DNA of 37,990 nucleotides from Seison nebaliae (Eukaryota): NCBI GenBank assembly GCA_023231475.1, contig JALJEE010001129.1, positions 1 to 37,990 of the forward strand, read 5' to 3'. Shown piece by piece: positions 24,020 to 35,920 of this stretch (position 1 is its first letter; each line of letters starts with the position of its first letter). The notes under the pieces were generated by a model. It saw only the letters and a program-made list of their open reading frames with translations, ran no database searches and was not told where the DNA came from. The position numbers and the translations under genes were made by a program.

Positions 24020-24592
24020 TCAATAGCTTGAATAAGAATATGAACCACCTTGGCCTTGGTTTTGATTTTGTCTTTGACTTTGTCTTTGTCCTTGTCCTTG
24101 TCCTTGCATTCCACCGGAATGTCCATTGTAATATCCTGCGTTCCCTTGTTGTTGTTGTTGCTGCTGTTGTTGATTTCCAATTCCATAAGCGAATTGATTG
24201 CTAGAAGGTTGGAAGTTCTGTTGGATATATTGCATTGGTGGAGCAGGATGGGTGTAATACATCGGTGGAGGTGGAGGACGAGGTCGAGCTCTTCTAGATA
24301 GGGCACTTGCCAAAGCCTTCTTTTGAAGGTGACTTGTGATCATACCTTGTGCTTTGATATTTGTCAGAGTTTCTCGAATAGTCAAATCATCAGTAGCTTT
24401 CTGTGCCGCTTTCTTTAATTTGCCTAATTGTATCTTCTCGTGAACTGTAGTTGTTGGTGCGAATTGGGGATGTCCGTTCGTTAAGCCAAGAATATGTGAT
24501 GCACCATGAGCAACATCAGTGAGTAACTTACCGATTATACAAAAGGATGAATGCACCATCATCAAGGAAAAAAGAAGTATTACCAATTTCAT
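24020..24592 (-). CDS. Secreted orphan protein 1 (190 aa; signal peptide, basic helical core, poly-Pro, Gln/Gly/Tyr-rich tail)
   Basis: MKLVILLFSLMMVHSSFC signal-like N-terminus; uninterrupted GC-richer ORF; shares a motif with the neighbour at 26090-26812. Confidence 0.85.
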   Translation of the reverse strand: MKLVILLFSLMMVHSSFCIIGKLLTDVAHGASHILGLTNGHPQFAPTTTVHEKIQLGKLKKAAQKATDDLTIRETLTNIKAQGMITSHLQKKALASALSRRARPRPPPPPMYYTHPAPPMQYIQQNFQPSSNQFAYGIGNQQQQQQQQQGNAGYYNGHSGGMQGQGQGQRQSQRQNQNQGQGGSYSYSSY

Positions 24593-26089
24593 TTTTATTA
24601 CTTTATCACAACAACGATTGTAATAGTTGATATAAACTTCAGTACTAGGATAACCGATTGATATTTATATTGTAACGACTTTCTTAATTGTAATACGATT
24701 TGACTGAAATTCTCATTATTACTTAATTAAGTTCTCAATCAAATTTCAATAGATCTAATGATCAATTGATTAGTATAATTTTTTCCATGGTTCTTGTAGT
24801 CTACATCACTATTATGAAATAATTCATTAGAAAAATAACACTTGTTCTTTCTTATTTATCTTCATTTTTAGTTCGACCTATTGGTCCTTTAAATCTCGCA
24901 CTCATTTTCGATTTTCTACATTCCATTGATTTAAGATTCTTTCTTTAATTAACTTCTCTTCTTCCCTTAAAATTAACTATATTTGATACTATCATGTTCA
25001 GTTCGACGTACATGATATCAAATTTTAAAAATTAATTCATAAAAGTATGAACGTTTTACTTAAAATATTGATATGACAAAGGAAATTCTTAAATTTTTAC
25101 CAGTATACTGTTTAATATAATATATATAATGACTTATAATTTTTGTTTAATTCTAATTCCAAACCCATTATCTGAAGCTTCGGAAAAAATGTTACCTAAG
25201 CATGTAAAAAATTATTTCCACTAAATATCCTTCAACAAAAAGCAATTGCAAAAACTTTGTTAATTTTTCAAGGGAATTTTCCGCTAAAGGAAATTTTCGT
25301 ACGACGAATATTTCGAATTTATTAATTTTTTTTATTAAAATTAAAACGTCAAACTACCGAAGTAAATTGAGGGTAAAAGAAGAAAAACTCACCGAACTAG
25401 TTAACTAGTTTATCTTTATTACTGGTAGTAAAAACTCCAATAATAAGTTTTGTTCCTATTCGAAATTTATTTTGTAAATATCTGCAATAACTCGTTCGGA
25501 GAGCAATGTGGAGCTCCCATACATTTCTGCCATATTCCTATAAAGGATTTAATTTGATATTTTGATAATTAACTATAAACAATAATACAAGGAAATATTT
25601 CTACTCGTTGGAGGAAACCATCAACTAAATAATAATAATTAGTATTCCCCAGCAACACCTAACATTGTAAGTGAAATCCATTTTGATTTCATTCATGATG
25701 TAAAATGCTTGCGTAGTCCGATGGTTTTATAGAAGAAATTCAAAAAGAAAGAATTTAAAAATTAAACCTTGTTTCGAAAATTTTCCTAAGAGAGCTTGAC
25801 AGAGAAGATATTAAAACTTGACATAAGACGATGTTTACAACTACGCTTAAACTACGATGAAATCATAATTATTTTGATTTGACGATGTTTCATTAACGTG
25901 AAATAGTTATTTCATTTTATTTAAGGAAATTTTCATGCATAGAACGATGAATTTTCAAAGGAATTTATAAAATTTATAGGCAGTTCACCAGCATATTTTA
26001 TTTGAAGTATTAGTTCGAGAAATGTAGAGTGAAATATATGACGATTTAATAGGAGATAGTAAAGAGATGATTTTTATGAAGTAATGCGC

Positions 26090-26812
26090 CTATTGATAGC
26101 CACTTGCACAAGTTGAGCACGGTCGCCTTGCACTTTTTCGATTTCCGTTCGAAGCTGAATTTACATTAGTAGTTTCTTGTGGTGCGTCAACTTGTGCTGC
26201 ATTTCTATTCTGAGCATTGGATCTTGTATTAGCCTTATTTGACATATTTGGAGATACTCTATTGACGATGGTAACGGAAGGTTGTTGTTGTTGAGGTGCG
26301 CTAACGTATGGGCGTGAATGATATGCTGGAGGAGGAGGTGGAGGATGTGCATAACCATAAGATGCATAAGCCGGTTGAGGTGCATATGCAGAACCATGGT
26401 AGCTAGAAGCGTGACCGCCACCATAACCACCACCCGAATTACCGAGAGAATTAATAAGATCATTCATTTGCATTTCGGTCGACATCTGATTTACTTTCGT
26501 CATGTAACTATGTTGTTTCACATCACTTGCCACTTGTTGTTTACGTGCACGAGCTTCTAATGCGCCTAATTGAGCCTTTCTCTTAACAGTGGTCGCATCG
26601 GGACCTTTATGTCCGCCAAATAAGATACTGAACGCTTGGCCAATAAATCGACCTTTGGCTTTTGCGTCCTCTTTATCTCCACTATCCTCGGTGATTAATT
26701 CCGCTTAGAATGAAAAGAAAATTATTTGGAAAATTAAATGAAGGAAAAGTTACTTACATCTCATCACTCCAACTAGAGCCACCATCAAAAGAAATTTCAA
26801 ATATTGTTTCAT
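26090..26812 (-). CDS. Secreted orphan protein 2 (paralog of 24020-24592); intron 26704-26757
   Basis: ATG at 26812, MKQYLKFLLMVALVGVMRS, GTAAGT...AAG intron, then ELITEDSGDKEDAKAKGRFIGQAFSILFGGHKGPDATTVKRKAQLGALEARARKQQ in frame with ORF 26090-26533. Confidence 0.85.
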
Positions 26813-27260
26813 TTTTCTTCGTTTTAATTCAAGAAGTCTAATCTTCAGCAGAATATATATAGTTCATGGGCACATGTCCTCCACTAATCAAATGCTCGTC
26901 ATATCTTCAATTTATCATTAAACTAATTATGATTGAACTATCTTCAATTTCTTTCATTAGATGTAGATCATTTATTAATTAAATTTCCCATGAAATGGTG
27001 ATAGAAGATGGAAATGAAATTGTGATAATTTGCAGTTCATTATTTAATTTTCATGTTTCTAATCTAGAATTTATGTTTTCCCTCAACTTGAAATTTCTCC
27101 TAAAATTTAATGTAATTTATTGTTGCATAGATTTGTTGGAATGATCAGAATAAAATATTTAATATAAAAATATTTAAATAAAAAATAAATAATTTTTAGA
27201 AAATAAAATTGAAATTGATATTTATGAATTGTTCGATTGGTGAATAATTGAATTCGATGT

Positions 27261-29240
27261 CTAGTCGAGTTTTCTTCGTATTTTTTTGATTCCAAAAAAT
27301 CTATTGAAATTAAATTTCAAAAAAAAATAGTTATAAGAAACAACTAACGAAAAAGTTATTGGAAATAGGGAGATAAATGCCAATATTGAAAGGATCAAAT
27401 AGATATATCTTGAAGATGGTAATCGATCATCAGATGATGATTTTTTATTATCCATTTTATTCAGATAGGAAAAAAGTTTCATAAAAAAAGAACTACTACA
27501 CACGGAGATGTGTTGTAGAACTCCGATACACATCGCTTGAATAGTCAACATGAAGAAGAGTTTATTCCTACTCACTGCTTCAATGACGATATTTCTGATG
27601 GTTTTAGGTGGTTCGGACTCCAAAGGATTTTGAATATTAAGATCATCTTCAATATAAAGATGTTCTTCCGTTTCTGACGCCTTACAAAATAGAGTGACAT
27701 ATTGGACGGAAATCGTTCGGATTAATGGAATTGGAGCTATGGAAATACAACCGAATAGAATTGACAGATAAACTTCCGTTTGTGTTTTCATAATGAAATA
27801 CCATAAATTGAGGAAAGATAAAGTGAATAAAGCGATGATACATAATATGAAATTCCCCGTAATTTTATTGACGCCTTCATGGACGTATTTTGGAGTACCC
27901 AAAAGTGGATCCATCGAATCTTCGTTCACATCATTCTTCTTCTCATGCAACCAAACCACCAATTTGATGAGATATGGAAGAACAAATTTAAATAATAATA
28001 TAACACAAATTAATTGTGTTGCCATTAAAGTTCCAATAAATATAGAATATTGTGATTGACTCATAGAAAATGGCCAAGTTAATAAAGAAAAAATGAGAAA
28101 GAAATTTGGATTAATAAATGCAATATACATCAGGAAAAATGAGACTGCTAATGGAAATAAATATTTCCAAGGATACATCGGCCTAACTACATTGATTGAT
28201 GAGAAAATTAATTTAAATTGATTTATCAATGAATAACGTATAGGCCCAACATAATCTTCATCTATTAGTGGACCTAAGGGTGAAAGATGAACATTACCAC
28301 TTTTATCAAGAAGATATGAGTCCATAACACCATAGTCGTGTTTTTCAGCTTTTAAAATACTTCTCATATAAATGACACAAACGATTATCATGAGAGAAGA
28401 AAGAGTCAACATTAGGAGATATCCAGACGCATAAGACGTCAAATACATTAAATCATCAGATTCATGATAAAATGTTATATTTGTATTATGAATAAATATT
28501 GCTGTACAATTGGCTGATATACAAATTGCTGGCATCTTTTCATTCCATACTCCTGAAAGATAATTTCCAGAAGCATTCGCTAATCCACCAATCAATTCCA
28601 ATAGCATGATTTGTGCTAAAACTGAATTTCTTAATTTTGGTTTCAATCGTTCTTCTTCACTTCCGATTGATAATCGATAATTGATTTGAAGAACGGTGAT
28701 GAATATGACGCCGTTGAAAATAGATACAAAATTGCCACCAAAACCATCAAACAAATTCGACCAATAAAATAAATGCATCGATTTTGGTATTTCTTCATAA
28801 TTCGAATGAAGTTGCCCAGTATTTAAAATAGCGCTAAATTGGAAAATAGTTTGGCTTATCACTCCGATTATTGGAATGATTATCGGTAACAACAACCATT
28901 TGGATAACGCAGTTGTATAATTGCATTCCATTTCTTTGTAGATTCGAATTTTCTGTTCGGAAACGAACTCATGTATCAGTGGAATATTTAAGAGGAAAAA
29001 TATTGATATTACACCGGCGGGTAACGTGAACATTTTAGCATAGAATTGAATATTAGAAGATGATTCTCTAATTAAATCATCTCGATCTTTATTTGTCATA
29101 TTAAAGAGAGGATCTCGAATCATTGATTGGTTGTAGAAAGCCACGATGAATTGACTGAAAGAAACACTCTCAAACGATTCCATCACGATGAAGATGAAAA
29201 CCATCAAAAACGGTAAAATCATAGTGTCCCTCCAAATCAT
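27261..29240 (-). CDS. MFS transporter, SLC46 (PCFT/HCP1)-like; probable in-frame 48-nt intron 27301-27348
   Basis: About 11-12 hydrophobic segments; FDGFGGNF, LLELIGGLANASGNYLSG, LLTWPFSM and PIPLIRTI resemble SLC46 motifs. Subfamily call is by recognition only. Confidence 0.65.
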   Translation of the reverse strand: MIWRDTMILPFLMVFIFIVMESFESVSFSQFIVAFYNQSMIRDPLFNMTNKDRDDLIRESSSNIQFYAKMFTLPAGVISIFFLLNIPLIHEFVSEQKIRIYKEMECNYTTALSKWLLLPIIIPIIGVISQTIFQFSAILNTGQLHSNYEEIPKSMHLFYWSNLFDGFGGNFVSIFNGVIFITVLQINYRLSIGSEEERLKPKLRNSVLAQIMLLELIGGLANASGNYLSGVWNEKMPAICISANCTAIFIHNTNITFYHESDDLMYLTSYASGYLLMLTLSSLMIIVCVIYMRSILKAEKHDYGVMDSYLLDKSGNVHLSPLGPLIDEDYVGPIRYSLINQFKLIFSSINVVRPMYPWKYLFPLAVSFFLMYIAFINPNFFLIFSLLTWPFSMSQSQYSIFIGTLMATQLICVILLFKFVLPYLIKLVVWLHEKKNDVNEDSMDPLLGTPKYVHEGVNKITGNFILCIIALFTLSFLNLWYFIMKTQTEVYLSILFGCISIAPIPLIRTISVQYVTLFCKASETEEHLYIEDDLNIQNPLESEPPKTIRNIVIEAVSRNKLFFMLTIQAMCIGVLQHISVCSSSFFMKLFSYLNKMDNKKSSSDDRLPSSRYIYLILSILAFISLFPITFSLVVSYNYFFLKFNFNRFFGIKKIRRKLD

Positions 29241-30394
29241 TTTTGTTTACTAATCGGGAGAAACTAATAAAATATTAGATAAAATTTTTTAAAAAATGTA
29301 CGATCCAACTCCTTAAAGAAACAGTTCTCATGACCATTTCGGAATTAAAAGGACAGCGTCATATAAAATGATATAATTAAGAAATTTAAAAATTTTCTCA
29401 TTTCAATTAAACAGTTTCTATAATAATTGAAAATATTGCACCACAAAATGTGTTGTTTATTCCCTCAATAAAAAATTTAAGTTTGTCAGAGTATTATTCG
29501 GAAACTTCTACACTTCTGTTCATATGTTTTCATGTCACTTAAGATTTTTTACGTACAACTAACAAAAAAAAAAATTTAAAAATTGTAAGCAATATAACCT
29601 GGAATCTATATTATCCTCTTTATTACATACCATTTTTGCTAAAATATTACGATTTTCAACAAGCAATGAATCATGTTATACTGAACCGATTTTAATATTT
29701 TTTTGTTTAAATCATATCTACTTACTCTAGAGAACCCAAAAATATCATCAAAATTCAAATTTATAACTGCTAACTATCAAGTGCAGTGGCTTAAAGTTAT
29801 CAAAAAGAGAGAGAAAAATTTTTCACTAATTGAGTTTACTTTTTTTGAAAATTCTATATCTAATACGAATCCATTTTCACTTATTTATAGCACATTCGAA
29901 AGAGCATGAATTGCTCTTTCTTAAAATATTAAATTTTTTGTGGCTAAGAAAAAAATGCATTGAAAAAAATGACAATAAAAAATTTTTTAAAATTTTTGTG
30001 GGGAATTTTCCAATTGGGGAATCTTCCGAGAATCACTTTTATCGTCTAAATTTTCTTCTATTGAAAACAAATCGCGGTACGATAGTAAAAAATGAAAGAT
30101 TTGGATAAGAAAGATTCAAAATCAATTTATCGGAAACATTGGGGGTTTGCTTCTCATTAGAGACCGGTATAATTGGGATTGCACAAGTGTTCTTACGAAT
30201 GACAAAAAATGGAGTTATTATTAGTAAATATTCAGAACGATCTGAGCTGGTACGTAAGTGTAATTCTGTTGTTAGTAAAAAATAACAGTTGTAGAGTTTT
30301 AGTCGTTTCGTAATTGTATATATTGATCACTTAATATTATGTATAAATATAGACAACCGTTTTATAGATACTGGACATATCATTGTTCTTTGTA

Positions 30395-30465
30395 GCACTG
30401 ATGGTTCAGTGGTAGAATGCTCGCCTGCCACGCGGGCGGCCCGGGTTCGATTCCCGGTCAGTGCA
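30395..30465 (+). tRNA. tRNA-Gly (GCC)
   Basis: GCACTGA/TCAGTGC+A acceptor, anticodon arm CTCGC-CTGCCAC-GCGGG, GGTTCGATTCC, T-run terminator just downstream. Confidence 0.97.
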
Positions 30466-30900
30466 TAATTTTTTGAAGATAATAAGCAGTTTTATCAAGT
30501 TATCAATTGCATAAATTATCAGACTCATGATTGACAGTTGATCATGAATTAAAAATTAAAATATTTTCTGTGAATTTTTAATTCGTCAAAAAGTCTTACA
30601 ATTGTTAATTCGAAAATAATTTGTTGTTATTACATTAATGATAATCAAACTTTTCTTTCACTATATTGAATTTTAATTATTATTATAAATTAAATAATTT
30701 TCTTTATTATTTCTAAATCGAAAATTATTATAAAGCAGAATATCCTTCGAATAATATTGAGTAAGATTGACGTGACAGAAGTAAACATGAAATGATATTT
30801 TTATTTATGATGTATGGCATGTCACGTGATAGAAATTCATATGTTGAATAACTTTTTCTACATTTAATTGAAGAAAAAAAAAATTTTAATTAGCATCTCA

Positions 30901-32618
30901 ATGATGCATAATAGTACAGTAACGTTAGCTCCATTAGAACCGGCATTTGTTCCGTTTTGTGTTTGGTGTCTTGTTGCGCAAGTGGAAGATAGCAGGTTAT
31001 TTTGATGTTTCCAAAGAAAATTATATTGAAGAAAATTCTTATTCATATCTATTAACAAAGAAAGAATTTTTTGGTTCGACATCGTCATATTCTTCTTCAA
31101 TTCAATTTTCATCATATTTCTCCTCTACTATTCGCCAATAATCAAAAATTTAATTGTGGGAAATAAGCAAATTATTTTCTTTGTCAAATATACGTTCAAT
31201 GCAGTTTGATTAAAATTAAATTTTTCAAATATTAATTTTTTTAGTTACTCATTACTGTGCTAATATCGGAATTGCGATGTTTAATTTCGGTCTTATTAGG
31301 ATTGACAGAAATTTCCTCAAATACAACAGCGATCATTAGTCGAGTTAGCTGTTTTCATCTTACCGTTCTGAAGGAATTCTTCAAAGATTTTCTGGTTAAT
31401 ACTTCGCTTCTGTACAATTAATGTAGAGTTAATTCTAATAACATTTCCAATCATCTTCAGTTATTTCTCAATCAATTCTCAATATTTTTTCCTTAACTTT
31501 TCTCCTCATCAACTTTAGACATTACACAATGGAGAGGTAGACGAAAGACATTCTTAATTAATACTTCGAACAACGATCAAAACCAATTATTACCACAAGA
31601 TATGTTGAATGTTCGTGGAAAGAATTTGACAATAATCATCTTTCTCATTTCTCTCATTTATACGTCATTTCAAGTTATACGTCAATTGATATATTTTTAA
31701 AATTTTAATTAATTTCATTCAAGATTTTCTTCGAATTTAAACTTCATCATGACAATGAAACAATTATTAGTCATACATCTGGTGGTACGATGACCTGGTT
31801 CGCTAACGGTGGAACAATGTTCTGGTTCTCGTCGACGATCATCTTCTCAATCATTTACATCGGTTGTTGTTTATTGATTATGTGGTTGAGATATTTTGTG
31901 AGAAATGTGGAGAATCTACAAATCCGTTTGATTTCCATATGTCATATTTTACTATCTATTTTATTTACAGCAAATAAGACATTCATAATTTATTGTGTTA
32001 TAATGATTATATGTAATGTATCACAAATGATTGGATGTTTATTATTGATTATTGATGATTTATCCAAATCACCAAATCATTCAAAAAATAATTTAAATGA
32101 AAATGTGACACCGTCGGGAATAGTGGAATCTTTCAAGAGTACATTAATCGCTTCAATCGCTTATTGTCTCTTAAATGTGTCTCTTTATCTCTACTTAATC
32201 TTCTTTCCACAATACGCTTATTTCAGTTTCTTCCATCATATCATTTGGTTAGTTTCGAAAATTAAAAAAAAATAAATTTCATCATTCGGAAAGTTCGGAA
32301 AGAAAGAAAGAGAAAGAATTATCAACAAATCCAATAAACAATTCAACTTCACAAGAATCGTACATGACGGATTCGGTGAAGAATATGAATATTAATTCTC
32401 GAAGATTTCTACTCTCCGATAATGTTGAATTTACGAGCGATCAACACAGACGATCGATCCTCGTCGTTCTAAACGACAATAAAGAACGGAGTATATTCGA
32501 CGATTTAACCATTTCAGGCGAGCATTCTTATTCTCCGTTTTATGTAGAGCCGACACAATTCGTCTCAGAAGATTCATTATCGATCAAGACTGAAGAGCCG
32601 TTTAGTCAGTTGGAATAA
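30901..32618 (+). CDS. TPRA1: Transmembrane protein adipocyte-associated 1 / GPR175 homolog, multi-exon (some internal exon limits uncertain)
   Basis: Spliced segments RIFWFDIVIFFFNSIFIIFLL, FANGGTMFWFSSTIIFSIIY, PNKTFIIYCVIMIICNVSQMIGCLLL and CLLNVSLYLYLIFFPQYAYFSFF follow the TPRA1 motif order. Introns include 30996-31064 and 31926-31970. Confidence 0.75.
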
Positions 32619-32713
32619 ATTAGTAGAAAAAGTTCTTTGAAAAATAAAACATGAGAATATTTTCGCATATAATTTTTTAATTTTTAAATATTTTTGATTT
32701 TCATTCTAATTAA

Positions 32714-34803
32714 TTAATCCATATCTTCCATTATTGGTGGCGGTCGTGGTCCACTACACATTTGACACATACCATCAAGATCCCTATTTAAATAAGTACA
32801 TCGATCACAATTCCATTCAGGAAGTTCACTTGGTTCCATCAATTCACCTAACGGATCTTTCGTTTCCGTATCAACTATAATTAAATAATAATATAAATAA
32901 TAATAAATTAATTAATTAATTTAACCTAAGCTTTCACACAAACTGACGACTGTTAACCAATCCAATGAAGTACTAAAATTGTCCATTAATCTCGCATCAT
33001 TATTGATGTAAGCTATGAATAGATCTTTCAATTTATCCAATGTCAATGAGAATATATCTTGAGATAGCATATAATGTAAGAAATGTATATCCCATTCTTC
33101 AATCGGTTTATTCTTGAGATAATTCGAAACATCTCTGAAACTCTAAAAAAAAATTGTTGAAATTTTTGAGAGAAAGAAAGAAAACCGGTTCCTTTCGACG
33201 ATTCTCCACCGGAAATGTTCTCGTCAATACATTCGTCTCTTGTGCAGCGACACCGAAAGTGATTTGAACTATCAGATATTCGATTGGGAATGGTCGTGCT
33301 AATTCTCTCGTTTTATTTCCATATTGATCTTTCTGCATGAAAAATACATCTGGAACGAATTGTTCGTCCGATGAATCTCGAATGTACACCAATTCTGGTG
33401 CATCTCTCGTTGGTAGAAGGATGTTGGCATTATACAAATCAACTCCTTGATTAGAGACTTGAAATGCGTAGAAATCAATAGTATTCTCTTCATTCGCTGT
33501 GACTAAGACGGTGACGAATTTCGATCCGAAATAATTATCTTCCGAATATTTACAGATATTCGGGAAAATACTTTGAAAATGTGAAGCCATCATTGTTTCC
33601 TCTCCACTCAGAATGTATTGCCAATTACCACGACATGTTAAGAATTGACTTGGTTTGGACGAATCGGGAATAAGATCAGTAAAAATCCATCCGACCGGTT
33701 CCCAACCCATTTCTTTCGCCAACGAAATAAAATCATTATTTTCCTTTTTCCAATTTTTCAAATTTAAATTAATTTTACAATTCGACCCGATTTGGGCCGG
33801 TTCGTAAATAGCTTCCACTTGAGCTTGTATACCTAACGAGACGGCATTATAAGGAACATATTTCCCGAACATGATTCCCATTCGTTGTCCTCCTTCTGTA
33901 TGAACAGATTCGATGAACGATTCCATAATCTTCTTATTCGAAATCATAATATTATCAACATGACGATATTCTTGACGATGTAAAGTGATGGAGGGTGGTT
34001 GACATTTCGTACATGTACCTAATGGCCATGGACGATGTCCTTCACAATCCGTTTTCATTTTACACCACAAATGATGGAGAGTCACCATCTTCTCATTATT
34101 AGTCGCTTTTAATTGTTTCAAATACGAATGGAACGGCATATGTTTCACTGGTTGAACGCAAATATCTCTCAAATATTCCTCGTCGAACGGTTCCAATGGT
34201 AAACAATGAATACATTTCTGATTAATATGATGAGAACAAAGATTCGTTTTTCCTCGTTCAACTCGACCTGACATGTCGTCAAGTTTATCATCAATCGACG
34301 CCTGAACAATTATTTGACCGTTTGAAATATTTTCTTTTTTTTTCAATTTCTCTTCGTTAAGTTTCTTGCCAATTATGTCCGGTTTCGTATTGAAAACAAT
34401 ATCATTATTTGATTGAACATCCATCAGATTATTAGACGGCCATGCATACACTTTATCTCCATGTCTTCAAGAAAAAAATAATTTTTAGAATATATTTGGA
34501 GGAATGTAAATAACTTCAATTTTAATTGTTTTAACGAATTTCCCGTACGTATTTTGTGGATTCTGGTACGTTCGTGAAATAAAGTATAATTACCTTTCAA
34601 ATCTTCATTTACCTGCAATTTATTAATTAATTCAAATTCATAATCAATTAAATGATGAACCTTCTTTATTAGAAGATCAATCAGATCTCCGTCTTTCAAA
34701 TTATATCTTCGATTTCCATTAGGCGCTTCCACTCTTATGATCTGCAACTCAGAACAATTTTAGATAGAGAGTAAAACAAAAAAAAAACTTTCATACTCAC
34801 CAT
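32714..34803 (-). CDS. NPLOC4: Nuclear protein localization 4 (p97/VCP cofactor); introns 34742-34800, 34613-34660, 34465-34514, 33143-33185, 32875-32925
   Basis: UBXL (MIIRVEAPNG...LKHGD), zf-NPL4 (CSHHINQKCIHCLPLEPFD, HRPWPLGTCTKCQPPSITL), MPN (VGWIFTDL, FGSKFVT) and C-terminal NZF (WNCDRCTYLN...CQMC). Confidence 0.96.
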
Positions 34804-35580
34804 TTTCTTATCAATATAAATTTTCACGACAAGCTGTCATTTTAAATTTCATAATATTATTCATCCAATTTTAACCTATTAATTTAATTTTATTATTATT
34901 TTGTTAATATAATTAATCAGACGAATTGAGCAACATGTATAGATTTTGAGTAAAACTCGTTCAAATAATGAGTGTTTGTTAGAAATGCTAATCTACTTAA
35001 ATGTAAATCACATACCACTAAATTCAAATTAACTTTTGAGGAACGAGATTTTAATAAATTTTTAAAGAATAATCTGAATCAAAATAAGTTTTCAAGTACG
35101 GATGGATATAGATGGGCAAGGTATGGGCAAGGGGCATCAATTCGACGATTTTTTTATGCCTCTTATTTTTGTTAAATAATAGTTTTTGTAATTTAAAAGT
35201 CAAATAGATCTCGCTGAAAGTGAGACAGAAAATTTTAATAGATATGGACACCAAGCATAAAAATTTTCAAAAAAATTATGCTGGTTATGCCTCTCGGAAT
35301 ATCGGAAAAATGAAGAGATTTTTATTCTTTCGGTTTTAAAGTTTTCCACGTTATTTTACCTCGGTGAATTATCAAATTTTGTTACACGAAAAAATATAGA
35401 AGAAAAAGAAGTCTGGAACAAGCGACTTTAGCATACAAAAATTCTGAATGTAACGTGATAATAACTTAAAAACATATCGTTACAGTAACCTTTAATTTTA
35501 GGAAAAGTAACTCTAATGTCAACGCAAAATTATACATAGAAGTAATATTTTAGCTCTTTTCTGAACAAAGTTCATTTGTC

Positions 35581-35796
35581 CCCTACTGTACAAAAAAAAT
35601 TTTTCAACGTTGATTTGCAGGAAAAGGTTGTTATAATCAGAAATCAAGATAATTTCAACGTTGAAAAAGGTTGTTGTTATCAGAAATCAACCTAATTGTT
35701 GATATTTGCGAAAACAAACCTAATTTCAACCTATTTATCTGGTTGATTTAACTTAAGATCAGAACGTTGATTCAACGTAAATTTTGTACAGTAGGG
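35581..35796. mobile_element. 216-bp MITE, CACTA/EnSpm-like non-autonomous element
   Basis: Terminal inverted repeats CCCTACTGTACAAAA / TTTTGTACAGTAGGG, flanked by TC on both sides (2-bp TSD); internal TCAACGTTGA palindromes and a duplicated AAAAGGTTGTT...ATCAGAAATCAA unit. Confidence 0.88.
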
Positions 35797-35890
35797 TCGT
35801 TACTAGAATCAAGAGAAAACTAACCAATAAGGGAATATACGAGATAATTTTTGTAAGGAAAAATTTCCCCGTAAAATTTCTGTAGAAAAA

Positions 35891-35920
35891 ACTGTACAAA
35901 ATTTACGTTGAATCAACGTT
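35891..35920. repeat. Solo partial copy of the MITE end, inverted relative to 35763-35792
   Basis: ACTGTACAAAATTTACGTTGAATCAACGTT is the exact reverse complement of 35763-35792. Confidence 0.9.

Noticed and set aside
29264..29337. Extra upstream coding exon for the SLC46-like gene (MVMRTVSLRSWI)
   Set aside because: Splicing the candidate 38-nt intron leaves it one base out of frame, and in-frame stops lie just upstream of ATG 29240; at most a UTR intron or uORF.
35605..35780. CRISPR-like array from recurring TCAACGTTGA units
   Set aside because: Irregular spacing, no unique spacers, eukaryotic context; explained as MITE subterminal repeats.
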